A stretch of DNA of 64,000 nucleotides from an uncultured Planctomycetia bacterium (GCA_964409365.1 CAYPCX010000001.1:202075-266074), one strand, 5' to 3'; positions 9,066 through 19,224 are shown, numbered from the stretch's first letter. Numbers and translations: made by a program. The notes: generated by a model not told the origin, from the sequence alone.

Positions 9066-9976
9066 AAAAAAAGGACCTTATATCGCTTGGCGATCTGAGC
9101 TCGAAAGAGATATTAAGCATAGTCAAGCTTGCCTGGAAACTGAAAAGAGCGCCCCTTTCCAGAAAAGGCATATTTAAGGACAAGACACTGGCTATGATAT
9201 TCCAGAAGCCGTCTAACAGGACCAGGATATCGTTCGAGGTGGCGATGGTCCAGCTGGGAGGGTACGCGCTGTATCTCAGTCCGAATGAAATAAAGATGGG
9301 TACGCGTGAAAGCGTCAAGGACGTGGCCAGCGTGATATCCCGTTACGTGGACGGCATAGTGGGACGGGTGTATTCGCACCAGGATATCATTGACATGGCG
9401 AGATATTCTGATGTTCCGGTCATAAACGGTCTGTCCGATACCGCCCATCCATGCCAGGCGTTAAGCGATATATTCACGATAATGGAAAAAGCGCGGAACC
9501 TAAGGAAGACCACCCTGGCGTATGTCGGCGACGGCAACAACGTGCTTAACTCGCTTCTCATGGTCTCGGCAAAGATGGGTGTGAGCATGAGGGTCGCTAC
9601 GCCCGAAGGATACGGCCCGCTTCAGGCGATCGTGAACGAGGCCGCGGAAGAGGCCGCGCGTAACCGCGCGAGTATACAGATATTCACCGATCCCCATGAA
9701 GCTGTCCGGGACAGTGACATAGTTTACACCGATGTATGGGTGAGCATGGGCCGCGAGGAAGAAAGAGAGAAGCGCCTGAAGGACTTTGAGAAGTTCCAGG
9801 TCAATGAACGGTTGATGAAGTCGGCGAAAAAAGACGCGCTCATAATGCACTGTCTTCCGGCGCACCGCGGGGAAGAGATAACGGACGTTATAGACGGGAA
9901 GAATTCGATCGTCTACGACCAGGCGGAGAACCGCATGCACGTGGAGAAAGCGATACTTCTTAAATACTTACAGTAG
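9062..9976 (+). CDS. argF: Ornithine carbamoyltransferase
   Basis: STRTR carbamoyl-phosphate motif and HCLPAHRGEE. The start overlaps the argD stop. Confidence 0.9.
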   Translation: MKKKDLISLGDLSSKEILSIVKLAWKLKRAPLSRKGIFKDKTLAMIFQKPSNRTRISFEVAMVQLGGYALYLSPNEIKMGTRESVKDVASVISRYVDGIVGRVYSHQDIIDMARYSDVPVINGLSDTAHPCQALSDIFTIMEKARNLRKTTLAYVGDGNNVLNSLLMVSAKMGVSMRVATPEGYGPLQAIVNEAAEEAARNRASIQIFTDPHEAVRDSDIVYTDVWVSMGREEEREKRLKDFEKFQVNERLMKSAKKDALIMHCLPAHRGEEITDVIDGKNSIVYDQAENRMHVEKAILLKYLQ

Positions 9977-9990
9977 GGATGAATAATGGA

Positions 9991-10094
9991 AGTGTCAAAG
10001 TGTCATCGTGCGCTTACTAGTGTCAGAGTGTCAAAGACAGCACTATGACACTTTGACACTAGCGAACACAGTGAGCGATGATACTCTGACACTG
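9991..10094. repeat. About 103-bp complex palindromic element (GTGTCA/TGACAC family), copy 1
   Basis: AGTGTCAAAGTGTCA ... TGACACTTTGACACT 15-bp inverted arms plus nested AGTGTCAGAGT/ACTCTGACACT. It lies between argF and argG. Confidence 0.65.
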
Positions 10095-10109
10095 TAAAGG
10101 AGATAGATC

Positions 10110-11285
10110 ATGGCTAAAAAGAAAGTGGTGCTTGCATATTCCGGGGGGCTTGACACTTCCGTAGCCATAAAGTGGCTCATGGACCGGGGGTTCGACGTGA
10201 TCTGCTACATGGCCGATGTCGGCCAGGGACAGGATGCGCAAAGCGGCCGCAAGCGCGCGATGAAGATCGGCGCCAAGAAATGCATAGTGGGCGACCTCAG
10301 AAAAAAGTTCCTTACCGATTACGCTTTCCGCTCGCTGAAGGCGGGGGCGCTGTACCAGGGGAAATACAACCTTGCCACGGCCCTTTCCCGGCCCCTGATC
10401 GCCGAGGCCATGGTGGACGTGGCGAAAAAAGAGAAAGCGTATGCGGTATCCCACGGGTGTACGGGCAAGGGCAACGACCAGGTACGTTTCGAGGTCACGT
10501 TTCACGTAAAGGCCCCGAAGCTGAAGGTCATAGCTCCCGTAAGGGAGTGGGAGCTTACCACGCGCGAATCCGAGATAGATTACGCGAAAAAACACAAGAT
10601 ACCGATAGAACAAACAAAGAAGAAACTTTACAGTATAGACCGCAATCTTTGGGGCGTGAGTGTGGAAGGCGGCAAACTCGAAGATCCCTGGGTGGAGCCT
10701 CCGAAGGATACATATGTCAGCATAGCCCGGCCTGAAAAAGCGCCTGCAAAACCGGGCTTCGTAAAGGTATCTTTCCGGAAGGGCATACCGGTCGCCGTTA
10801 ACGGCAGAAAGTACGACCCTGTGCGCCTGGTGCAGAAGCTTAACGACCTGGGCGGAAAGCACGGTGTAGGGAGGGTCGACATGATAGAGGACCGCCTTGT
10901 GGGCATAAAGTCCCGCGAGATATATGAAGCGCCCGGGTCCGCGATACTTTTCGCGGCGCATTCGGCGCTCGAGGAACTTGTTCTCGACCGGGAGGTGCGC
11001 AAGTATAAACAGGTCCTGGCGGGGCGTTACGCCGAGATGGTCTATTACGGCCTTTGGTTCACTCCCCTGAAGGGGGAGTTGGACGCTTTCGTGGACAAGA
11101 CGCAGGAAAAAGTGACGGGTGAAGTGAAACTCAAGTTGTACAAGGGAAGCGTCACGGTTTGCGGCAGAAGAAGCGCGCATTCACTTTACAAGTTCGAATT
11201 GGCGACGTATGGCAAAGACGACATGTTCGACCAGTCGCTCGCCAAGGGCTTCATAGATCTCTGGGCAATGCCGTATAAAAAGTAA
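10110..11285 (+). CDS. argG: Argininosuccinate synthase
   Basis: VLAYSGGLDTSV PP-loop motif. Length is 391 aa. Confidence 0.95.
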   Translation: MAKKKVVLAYSGGLDTSVAIKWLMDRGFDVICYMADVGQGQDAQSGRKRAMKIGAKKCIVGDLRKKFLTDYAFRSLKAGALYQGKYNLATALSRPLIAEAMVDVAKKEKAYAVSHGCTGKGNDQVRFEVTFHVKAPKLKVIAPVREWELTTRESEIDYAKKHKIPIEQTKKKLYSIDRNLWGVSVEGGKLEDPWVEPPKDTYVSIARPEKAPAKPGFVKVSFRKGIPVAVNGRKYDPVRLVQKLNDLGGKHGVGRVDMIEDRLVGIKSREIYEAPGSAILFAAHSALEELVLDREVRKYKQVLAGRYAEMVYYGLWFTPLKGELDAFVDKTQEKVTGEVKLKLYKGSVTVCGRRSAHSLYKFELATYGKDDMFDQSLAKGFIDLWAMPYKK

Positions 11286-11308
11286 CAAGGATAAAGGAAA
11301 AAGTAACA

Positions 11309-11411
11309 AGTGTCAAAGTGTCATCGTGCGCTTACTAGTGTCAGAGTGTCAAAGACAGCACTATGACACTTTGACACTAGCGAACGCAGTGAGCGATGAT
11401 GCTCTGACACT
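11309..11411. repeat. About 103-bp complex palindromic element, copy 2 (about 97% identical to copy 1)
   Basis: The same sequence as 9991-10094 with three substitutions. It lies between argG and argH. Confidence 0.65.
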
Positions 11412-11426
11412 TAACAAGGAGTTACC

Positions 11427-12803
11427 ATGGGTAAGTTATGGGGTGGACGGTTTTCGGGCAAAGAGATGCACCCGGATGTGCTTGGTTTCACGTCGAGTCT
11501 TGATATCGACAAGATACTCGCTAAGTATGACTGTCTGAGCAGCAGGGTGCACGTGGAAGTACTGGCGAAAAGCGGATATATCTCACCCGAGGAAAAGAAA
11601 AAGCTGCTTAAGGCCCTGGATGAACTTTCCATCGGGATAGATAACGGGACCTGGTCGCCGTCGGGGCACGAAGATATCCACTCCGCGGTACAGGACTACG
11701 TGGAGGGCAAGGTCCCCGAAGCCGCGAAGAAGATGCACACGGGCCGGTCGCGTAACGAACAGGTAGTAAACGACGTACGCTTGTATTGCAAGGATAGTAT
11801 TATCCGGATAAAAGGCTTGATCTTCGATCTTCAGTGCGAGTTGGTAGACCTCGCCGACAGACGGGCGGACGTGATAATACCGGGGTACACCCATCTTAAT
11901 CGCGCGCAGCCGGTGCTTTTTGCGCACCTGCTTCTGGCATACGTGGAGATGCTCGAACGGGATATCGGACGCCTTAACGGTGCGCTCAAGCGCTGCGACG
12001 TGTCCGTTATGGGCTCAGGCGCGATAGCGGGCTCGGCCCTGGAACTCGATCGTAAGCTCGTATCCGAAAAGCTTGGCTTCAGCATCGTGTCCACCAACAG
12101 CATGGACGCGGTCAGCGACAGGGATTTTATGACGGAAGTGGTGGCAGCGCTGTGTTTTATAGCGGTCCACCTTTCACGGATGAGCGAAGACCTTATCCTG
12201 TACAGTACTTCGGAATTCGGTTTCCTGGAGGTGGGAATGGAATACTGTACAGGAAGTTCGCTGATGCCGCAGAAAAAGAACCCGGATGTACTGGAACTTA
12301 TACGCGGGAGGACCGCCGGTGTTATAAGCGCGTTGAATTCTTTGTTCGTCCTGCAGAAGGGCCTGCCGCACGCTTACAACAGGGACCTCCAGGAGGACAA
12401 GAAGCCGCTCTTCGAATGCGTGGAGACGGTGGCGGGGGAGCTCGCCATGATGGGCGCGCTTGTAAAGACGATAAAGCTCAAGGAAGAAGCGGCCGGGAAG
12501 GCCGTCGAGGACGAATTTCTTTATGCCACGGACCTGGCAGAATATCTCGTGCGCAAGGGTGTGGCTTTCAGGGACGCGCATGACGCTGTGGGAAAGATAG
12601 TAAAGTATTGCGTCGATAAGAAGATAAATATCTCGGACCTTTCCATATCGGAGCTAAAGGATTTTTCCGATGAGCTTGAAGAGGACGTGTACGGCCTTCT
12701 CAACCCCGAGACTTCGGTGAACAACAAGAGAACCGTCGGGAGCACGAAGCCCGATATGGTGAAAAAAGAGATAGCGGGCTGGAAAAAGAAACTCAGGAGA
12801 TAA
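11427..12803 (+). CDS. argH: Argininosuccinate lyase
   Basis: MGKLWGGRF start and the fumarate-lyase signature GSSLMPQKKNPD. Length is 458 aa. Confidence 0.95.
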   Translation: MGKLWGGRFSGKEMHPDVLGFTSSLDIDKILAKYDCLSSRVHVEVLAKSGYISPEEKKKLLKALDELSIGIDNGTWSPSGHEDIHSAVQDYVEGKVPEAAKKMHTGRSRNEQVVNDVRLYCKDSIIRIKGLIFDLQCELVDLADRRADVIIPGYTHLNRAQPVLFAHLLLAYVEMLERDIGRLNGALKRCDVSVMGSGAIAGSALELDRKLVSEKLGFSIVSTNSMDAVSDRDFMTEVVAALCFIAVHLSRMSEDLILYSTSEFGFLEVGMEYCTGSSLMPQKKNPDVLELIRGRTAGVISALNSLFVLQKGLPHAYNRDLQEDKKPLFECVETVAGELAMMGALVKTIKLKEEAAGKAVEDEFLYATDLAEYLVRKGVAFRDAHDAVGKIVKYCVDKKINISDLSISELKDFSDELEEDVYGLLNPETSVNNKRTVGSTKPDMVKKEIAGWKKKLRR

Positions 12804-12804
12804 G

Positions 12805-14055
12805 ATGCACGAATTCCATTACAGGAACAGGGTGCTGTATTGCGAGGATGTGTCGTTGCAGGATATCATCAGCGAACATCCCACGCCGTTCTACCTGTAC
12901 AGCCATAAAACGGTCATGGACCATTTCAGGAAGGTACAGAGGGCGTTCAAAGAAGTGGAGCCGCTTATTTGTTTTTCCATGAAGTCCAACTCCAATCTGA
13001 ACATATGCAGGGCGCTCGTCAACGCCGGCGCGGGCCTTGATATCGTATCGGGGGGAGAGCTTTACAAGGCGCTCAAGATAGGTTGTCCTCCCAAGCGGAT
13101 AGTTTACGCCAGTGTCGGTAAGACGGAAGACGAGATAGCCGAGGCGATCAGGAAGGGGATATTGTGCTTTAACGTGGAGTCCGTCCCGGAACTCATAATG
13201 CTTGATTCGGTGGCCAAGCGGCTGAAGAAGAAGGCCAGCGTGGCTATACGCCTGAACCCGGACGTGAAATCGGGCACGCATGATTACATAACTACCGGGA
13301 CAAAAGAAAAGAAGTTCGGTGTGGATTTCAAGGTCGCCGAGGATATTTTCGACAACGCGAACAAGTATCCGCACGTGAAATTGAGGGGCGTACACGTGCA
13401 TATAGGGTCGCAGATAACCGAGACCGAACCTTTTGTAAAGGCCTTGAAGAAAGTGCTTGGTTTTCTCGATGCCGGCAGCATAAATATCGAGTGGCTTAAC
13501 CTTGGAGGCGGTTTCGGTATCGTGTACGGCCGGGAGAAAACGACGACGGCCAGGGAGTTCGCCTCCAAGATCATGCCCCTTATAAGGAACAAGCCGTTCA
13601 AGCTTATCCTTGAACCGGGACGTTTTATCGTCGGCAATAGCGGCGTGCTGGTCTGCAAGGTGTTGTATGTGAAGACGGGCTCGACGAAAAAGAAATTCGC
13701 CATAGTCGATGCGGGGATGAACGACCTCCTGAGGCCGAGTCTGTATGAAGCCTATCACGAGATCCGTCCCGTCGTGAAACGCAGGTCTGAAACGTATAAG
13801 TACGACGTAGTGGGGCCGATATGCGAGAGCGGCGATTACCTGGCGCTGGACAGGAACCTGCCGGAGATCATAGCGGGAGAATACCTTGCCGTGATGGGGG
13901 CCGGGGCGTACGGTTTTACGATGTCGTCGAACTACAACTCGAGGCCGCGCTTGGCGGAACTCATGGTCATTAACGGTGAGGCCAGGGTGGCGCGCGCGGC
14001 GGAGACGTACAGTGATCTTGTCCGTGGAGAAAAATTGCTCAAGGAACTGAAATGA
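12805..14055 (+). CDS. lysA: Diaminopimelate decarboxylase
   Basis: Orn/DAP/Arg decarboxylase fold: PTPFYLY, the PLP-Lys region CFSMKSN and EPGRFIVGNSG. Length is 416 aa. Confidence 0.9.
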   Translation: MHEFHYRNRVLYCEDVSLQDIISEHPTPFYLYSHKTVMDHFRKVQRAFKEVEPLICFSMKSNSNLNICRALVNAGAGLDIVSGGELYKALKIGCPPKRIVYASVGKTEDEIAEAIRKGILCFNVESVPELIMLDSVAKRLKKKASVAIRLNPDVKSGTHDYITTGTKEKKFGVDFKVAEDIFDNANKYPHVKLRGVHVHIGSQITETEPFVKALKKVLGFLDAGSINIEWLNLGGGFGIVYGREKTTTAREFASKIMPLIRNKPFKLILEPGRFIVGNSGVLVCKVLYVKTGSTKKKFAIVDAGMNDLLRPSLYEAYHEIRPVVKRRSETYKYDVVGPICESGDYLALDRNLPEIIAGEYLAVMGAGAYGFTMSSNYNSRPRLAELMVINGEARVARAAETYSDLVRGEKLLKELK

Positions 14056-14864
14056 AATATGACGTCAGTTTCACCAAAGCCGTGGCAAGCGGTAACGACT
14101 TTATCGTTATAGACAACAAAAGCGGCGAGCTCGATCCAAAGCAGTTTGATTACGGCGAGATGGCGAAGGACCTTTGCCGAAGGCGGCTTTCGGTGGGCGC
14201 GGACGGTATCCTGGTCCTGGAAAGTTCGGACCGGGCGGACTTCAGGATGCGTGTGATCAATCCCGACGGTTCCGAAGTAGAGATGTGCGGCAACGGGCTC
14301 CGCTCGGCCGCGTTCTATGCGGCGAACTGCGGATGGGGGAAGGAACTCTCCGTTGAGACCCTGGCCGGTATCCTGAAGGCCTCGGTCACGGGCGGCAGCG
14401 TAAAGGTCAGGATGACCGACCCTAAGGATGTGAGGCTCGATATCAACCTGGGTGTAGGACAGAACCTGATGAAGGTCCATTTCGTCAACACGGGTGTCCC
14501 GCATGTTGTGCACCTGGTCGACGATGTCGATAGATATCCGGTCAGGGAAGAAGGCCGGAAGATCCGCGAGCATGCCATGTTCGCCCCAGAGGGGGCCAAC
14601 GCCAATTTTGTCGGGGATATCACGAAAAGCGGCGCTTCCCTCAGGACGTACGAACGCGGGGTCGAAGATGAAACACTGGCATGCGGTACGGGTACCGTGG
14701 CTTCCGCCGTGGTGCTGGGCCTTCTGGGTATGGCTGTTTCGCCGGTAAAGATGCTTACCCGGAGCGGGGAAACGCTGACGGTCCATTACGGTCTTTCGGG
14801 GCACAAAGTGACCGATGTCTACCTCGAGGGCGCGGCAGACGTCGTGTATGAAGGAAGGGTCTAG
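14052..14864 (+). CDS. dapF: Diaminopimelate epimerase
   Basis: FTKAVASGNDFIVID and the catalytic motifs CGNG and CGTG. The start overlaps the lysA stop. Confidence 0.9.
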   Translation: MKYDVSFTKAVASGNDFIVIDNKSGELDPKQFDYGEMAKDLCRRRLSVGADGILVLESSDRADFRMRVINPDGSEVEMCGNGLRSAAFYAANCGWGKELSVETLAGILKASVTGGSVKVRMTDPKDVRLDINLGVGQNLMKVHFVNTGVPHVVHLVDDVDRYPVREEGRKIREHAMFAPEGANANFVGDITKSGASLRTYERGVEDETLACGTGTVASAVVLGLLGMAVSPVKMLTRSGETLTVHYGLSGHKVTDVYLEGAADVVYEGRV

Positions 14865-14890
14865 GGTCAACCTCATTAAAGGAGGAAAAG

Positions 14891-15757
14891 ATGATAAAGG
14901 GTTCGTATGTAGCTATCGTTACGCCATTCAAGAACGGTAAGGTGGACGAGAAGGCGTTCCGCAAGCTTATAGAGTTCCATATAGACAAGGGAAGCGACGG
15001 TCTTGTGCCGTGCGGTTGCACCGGGGAAGCCGCCACGCTGAGCATGGCCGAGCAGAAACGGCTTATCAAGATAACCGTGGAGACGTCAGCGAGACGCATC
15101 CCGGTGATCGCCGGGACCGGCTCTAACAACACGGAAGAAGCGCTGGAGTTGACCACTTTCACCCGGAAGGCAGGATGTGACGGGGCGCTCATGATAACGC
15201 CTTATTACAACAAACCGACGCCGGAAGGGCAGTACCGGCATTACGCGAGAGTCGCCAGCAAGGTCGACATCCCCATAATGCTGTACAACGTTCCTTCACG
15301 GACGGGGATATCCATGTCCCCGGCCACGGTAGCGCGCCTCGCGAAGATAGATAATATTGTCGCGATAAAGGAGGCGGCCGGCAGCGTACAGCAAGTGATG
15401 GATATATTGAACCTCTGTGATATCACGGTGATGAGCGGCGATGACGCCATGACCCTTCCGTTCATGTCCGTGGGCGCGGCAGGCGTGGTAAGCGTGGTGG
15501 CCAATATCATCCCCGGCCGGGTGCACGATCTTGTCCAGACCTTTCTGGACGGCAGGACAGAGACCAGCCGCAATATCCATTATGGGATATTGGAATTGTG
15601 CAAGGCCATGTTCATCGAGACCAATCCCATACCCGTGAAAACAGCCCTCAGCATAATGGGCATGGTGAACGAGGAGTGGCGGCTTCCGCTTTGTGAGATG
15701 CGCAAAGAGAACAAGGAAGCGCTGAAAACGGTGCTGAAAAAGTTCAAATTAATTTAG
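14891..15757 (+). CDS. dapA: 4-hydroxy-tetrahydrodipicolinate synthase
   Basis: VAIVTPF, GTTGE-like CGCTGEAATL and the Schiff-base lysine region. Length is 288 aa. Confidence 0.9.
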   Translation: MIKGSYVAIVTPFKNGKVDEKAFRKLIEFHIDKGSDGLVPCGCTGEAATLSMAEQKRLIKITVETSARRIPVIAGTGSNNTEEALELTTFTRKAGCDGALMITPYYNKPTPEGQYRHYARVASKVDIPIMLYNVPSRTGISMSPATVARLAKIDNIVAIKEAAGSVQQVMDILNLCDITVMSGDDAMTLPFMSVGAAGVVSVVANIIPGRVHDLVQTFLDGRTETSRNIHYGILELCKAMFIETNPIPVKTALSIMGMVNEEWRLPLCEMRKENKEALKTVLKKFKLI

Positions 15758-15760
15758 GTT

Positions 15761-15836
15761 GCAGGTATCAGGTAGCAGGTGTCAGGCGGAGGGAGAAGAC
15801 CTGTTTTTTCCAAAGACCTGAAACCTGAGACCTGAC
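15761..15836. repeat. CAGGT-heptamer / ACCTG-heptamer mirrored hairpin element
   Basis: gcaggtatcaggtagcaggtgtcagg ... cctgaaacctgagacctgaca. Between dapA and dapB. Confidence 0.55.
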
Positions 15837-15849
15837 AAGGAGAGCATAC

Positions 15850-16593
15850 ATGGTGCGAATAGGTATAGCCGGGGCGTGCGGCAAGATGGGCAGGAGGATA
15901 GCGGTCCTGGCCGCGGCGGACCCTGAGATAAAGATCATCTCGGCGCTGGAGAAGGAAGACTCGCCCGAAAAAGGTAAGGACCTTGGGGATGTCATAGGTG
16001 CGGGCAAAATGGACGTACCGGTCATGACCGGTACGGACGAGGCCTTACGGGACACGGAGTGTCTGGTAGATTTTACCCTGCCGGGATCGACGCTGGAACA
16101 TGTAGCGGTATGCCGGGAAAAGAAAGTGCCCATGGTGATAGGCACTACCGGTCTGGGGGAGGAGGCAGAGGACGTTATCGGGGAAGCTTCAAAAGAAATA
16201 CCGATAGTGTTCTCCCCCAACATGGCGATAGGAGTTAACGTTCTGTTCAATATCGTGAGCGAAGCGGCGCGGGTCCTCGGCCGCGATTTCAGCATAAAGG
16301 TGGATGAGACCCATCATGTCCACAAGAAGGATTCCCCGAGCGGGACGGCTAAGATGATAGCGAAGATCATCAGGGAAGCCTCCGGCGTGGACGCTCCGGT
16401 AAAGGCGTTCAGAGAGGGAGAGGTCATAGGCAACCACGGTATCGTGTTCGACGGTGAGTATGAGAATCTGGAGATCCGGCACGATGCGAAAAGCAGGGAT
16501 GTGTTCGCGGCAGGCGCGATAAAAGCGGCAAAATTCGTTGTGGGAAAAAAGCCGGGTTTGTACAACATGACGGATGTGCTGGGGCTGAGGTAG
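15850..16593 (+). CDS. dapB: 4-hydroxy-tetrahydrodipicolinate reductase
   Basis: MVRIGIAGACGKMGRRI NAD(P)-binding start and the DapB C-terminal domain. Length is 247 aa. Confidence 0.9.
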   Translation: MVRIGIAGACGKMGRRIAVLAAADPEIKIISALEKEDSPEKGKDLGDVIGAGKMDVPVMTGTDEALRDTECLVDFTLPGSTLEHVAVCREKKVPMVIGTTGLGEEAEDVIGEASKEIPIVFSPNMAIGVNVLFNIVSEAARVLGRDFSIKVDETHHVHKKDSPSGTAKMIAKIIREASGVDAPVKAFREGEVIGNHGIVFDGEYENLEIRHDAKSRDVFAAGAIKAAKFVVGKKPGLYNMTDVLGLR

Positions 16594-16600
16594 ACGACAG

Positions 16601-16672
16601 GGACTGAGGTTCTGGGGACACGTTTCTTGTAACGGCAGGGGAACGACGAAACATGTCCCCAGAATATATTTC
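16601..16672 (+). terminator. REP-like terminator, copy with a compensatory inner stem (GTTTC/GAAAC)
   Basis: ttctggggacacgtttc ... gaaacatgtccccagaatatatttc. The outer stem is conserved and the inner stem co-varies. Confidence 0.6.
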
Positions 16673-16695
16673 TAATATAAGCGAAAAGGAAAAAG

Positions 16696-17865
16696 ATGGA
16701 AATCGAGTTTACGAACAGGTTGAAGAAGCTTCCTCCTTACTTATTCGAGGAGATAGACAGAGCTAAACAGAAAGCCGAGGACGAAGGAAGGCCTATTATC
16801 GATCTGGGAGTGGGGGACCCTGACCGGCCGACGCCGGATTTCATCGTAAAAAAACTCTACGAAGCCAGCAAAGATCCCTCTACCCACAATTATGCCCTGA
16901 ACAGGGGGCTTAAGGACCTTCGTGAGGAGATGGCGCACTGGTACCAGACGCGTTTCGGCGTTGAACTAGACCCGGATACCGAAGTCCTGCCTCTTCTCGG
17001 TTCCAAGGAAGGGATAGCCCATATCCCGCTTGCTTTCGTCAACCCGGGGGATGCCGTGCTGTTGCCCGATCCCGGGTACCCTCCTTATAATTCCGGGACC
17101 ATATTCGCCGGAGGGGAGGCGATAAAGATGCCGCTTTTGCGGGAGAACGGTTTCCTGCCGGACCTGGACTCTATAGACGGGAGCGTCGCGCGTAAAGCCA
17201 GGCTGATGCATCTGAACTATCCGAACAATCCCACGGGCGCGGTGTGCGACAAGGCGTTTTACGAGAAAGCGGTAGCGTTCTCCCGGAAGTATGACGTGAT
17301 CATATGTTCCGACGCGGCGTATACCGAACTCAGTTACGACGGGTATGTTCCTCCGAGTTTTCTCGAGGCAGATGGAGCGAAGGAAGCGGGAATAGAATTT
17401 CATTCACTTTCCAAGACCTTTAATATGACCGGCTGGAGGGTAGGGATGGCGGTAGGCAACGCGAAGGTCCTTAACGGCCTGGCTAAGGTCAAGTCGAACA
17501 TAGATTCCGGAATATTCACGGCTATACAGATCGCTTCCATAGAAGCATTGAAGAACGCCGATAAAGTAAAAAAAGAGTTCACTAAGATCTATGCGGAACG
17601 GCGCAACGTGTTCATAGACGGTCTCAGGGCCGCCGGCTGGGATGTGCTTAAACCATTGGCGACTTTTTACGTGTGGGCGCCTGTCTTCGGCGGTTTCGAT
17701 TCGATGTCCCTGGCCAAAGCGATGCTCGAAAAAGCCGATATCGTCGCGACCCCCGGCGTGGGTTTCGGCGAAAGCGGGGAAGGGTATGTAAGGATGACCC
17801 TTACCCGGGATGCCGCTCAGCTCAAGGAAGCGGTCGACAGGATAAAGAAGACGTTTTTCAGCTGA
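16696..17865 (+). CDS. Class-I aminotransferase, probable LL-diaminopimelate aminotransferase (DapL-type), judged from context
   Basis: SKTFNMTGWRVG PLP-Lys motif and a fold-type I aminotransferase. It sits directly after dapB, and no dapD/dapC/dapE genes were seen. Confidence 0.6.
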   Translation: MEIEFTNRLKKLPPYLFEEIDRAKQKAEDEGRPIIDLGVGDPDRPTPDFIVKKLYEASKDPSTHNYALNRGLKDLREEMAHWYQTRFGVELDPDTEVLPLLGSKEGIAHIPLAFVNPGDAVLLPDPGYPPYNSGTIFAGGEAIKMPLLRENGFLPDLDSIDGSVARKARLMHLNYPNNPTGAVCDKAFYEKAVAFSRKYDVIICSDAAYTELSYDGYVPPSFLEADGAKEAGIEFHSLSKTFNMTGWRVGMAVGNAKVLNGLAKVKSNIDSGIFTAIQIASIEALKNADKVKKEFTKIYAERRNVFIDGLRAAGWDVLKPLATFYVWAPVFGGFDSMSLAKAMLEKADIVATPGVGFGESGEGYVRMTLTRDAAQLKEAVDRIKKTFFS

Positions 17866-17875
17866 CGGTCCACTC

Positions 17876-18376
17876 ATGGCGACGGCTTACCTTTGTATCG
17901 GATCGAACGTAGGGGATAAACGGTCGAACTGTGAAGAAGCCGTCAGGCGGTTACAGGCGGCCGGGGACATCAAGGTCCGGGCCCGGTCCGGTCTTTACAG
18001 GACGGAACCCGTAGGGGGCCCGCCCCAGGAAGAATACCTCAACGGTGCGCTCGGCATCGAGACAACGCTGTCTCCCGGGGATCTGCTCCGCGTCCTCAAG
18101 GATATCGAAAAGGACATGGGACGCAGAGAGACGAAAAAGAACCACCCCCGCATCATCGATATCGATATCCTTTTCTATGATGATCTGGTGATGAACTCCG
18201 AAGGGTTGACGATACCGCATCCCCGCGTACATGAAAGGTATTTTGCGCTGAAAGGGCTCGCGGAAATAGCTCCTTTTGCGTCGCATCCGGTCGTCGGCAA
18301 GACCGTGAGTGAGTTATACGAAGAGGTCGGGGAACAGAAGACAGAGGACAGAAAACAGAAAACAGAAACGAAATGA
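17876..18376 (+). CDS. folK: 2-amino-4-hydroxy-6-hydroxymethyldihydropteridine pyrophosphokinase
   Basis: AYLCIGSNVGD, RTEPVGGP and RIIDIDILFY motifs. The C-terminal tail EQKTEDRKQKTETK is encoded by a GACAGAA-type repeat. Confidence 0.85.
   Translation: MATAYLCIGSNVGDKRSNCEEAVRRLQAAGDIKVRARSGLYRTEPVGGPPQEEYLNGALGIETTLSPGDLLRVLKDIEKDMGRRETKKNHPRIIDIDILFYDDLVMNSEGLTIPHPRVHERYFALKGLAEIAPFASHPVVGKTVSELYEEVGEQKTEDRKQKTETK
18333..18370. repeat. Purine-rich half of the GACAGAA-type element, lying inside the folK 3' end
   Basis: cagaagacagaggacagaaaacagaaaacagaaacg. No pyrimidine-rich partner follows. Confidence 0.5.
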
Positions 18377-19224
18377 AACTGATCACGGCGGTAAAAGAGA
18401 TGAGGGAATATTCCCGCGGCGTGAAACGCGAGGGAAAACAAGTGGGTTTTGTCCCTACCATGGGATATCTGCACGAAGGCCATCTCAGCCTGATAAGGAC
18501 CGCTCGCGAAGAGTGCGATGCGGTCGTTGTGAGCATCTTCGTGAACCCGACGCAGTTCGGGACCGGTGAAGATATTGAAAGATATCCCCGCGACCTGGAA
18601 AGGGATAAAGAGCTTGCCGAAAAAGCCGGGGTTGATCGTTTATTCACGCCTTCCGCCGAGGAGATATACCCGCGAGGGTATATCACAAGTGTAAAAGTAA
18701 AGGGAAGCCTCACGGACACGATGTGCGCAAGGTCGCGTCCCGGTCATTTCGAAGGAGTAGCCACTGTCGTTGCCAAGCTTTTCAACATAGTCGAACCCGA
18801 CAGGAGTTACTTCGGCCAGAAAGACGCCCAGCAGGCGGTCGTTGTAAAGCGTATGGTGAAAGACCTGGACCTTCCCGTGGAGATACGCGTCATGCCTATA
18901 GTCCGAGAAGAGGACGGGCTGGCGATGAGCTCGCGCAACACGTATCTGAACCCGGACGAGAGGGAACAGGCGCTGGGACTTTTTCGTTCTTTGAACACGG
19001 CCGAAAAAATGGTCTCAGACGGCGAACTTTCGGCAGGCAGAATAAAAGAAGAAATGACAAAGGTTTTGAAAAAAGGCGGATATGTAAAAATAGATTATAT
19101 TGAGATAAGGGACGCGGATTCGCTTGAGCCGTTGGAGAGAGTAAGGGATAACACGTTGATAGCGGTAGCCGCGTTCGTGGGGGAAACAAGGTTGATAGAT
19201 AATATTATCATCAACAAGAACTGA
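18373..19224 (+). CDS. panC: Pantoate--beta-alanine ligase
   Basis: VPTMGYLHEGHLSLI HIGH-like motif. Length is 283 aa. The start overlaps the folK stop. Confidence 0.9.
   Translation: MKLITAVKEMREYSRGVKREGKQVGFVPTMGYLHEGHLSLIRTAREECDAVVVSIFVNPTQFGTGEDIERYPRDLERDKELAEKAGVDRLFTPSAEEIYPRGYITSVKVKGSLTDTMCARSRPGHFEGVATVVAKLFNIVEPDRSYFGQKDAQQAVVVKRMVKDLDLPVEIRVMPIVREEDGLAMSSRNTYLNPDEREQALGLFRSLNTAEKMVSDGELSAGRIKEEMTKVLKKGGYVKIDYIEIRDADSLEPLERVRDNTLIAVAAFVGETRLIDNIIINKN

Noticed and set aside
10059-11180. A 373-aa minus-strand ORF antisense to argG. Similar long antisense ORFs lie at 21509-22495, 29595-30620, 32739-34289 and 40173-41687.
   Set aside because: All lie entirely within confidently identified plus-strand genes. 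They have no RBS or start context and their products are low-complexity.
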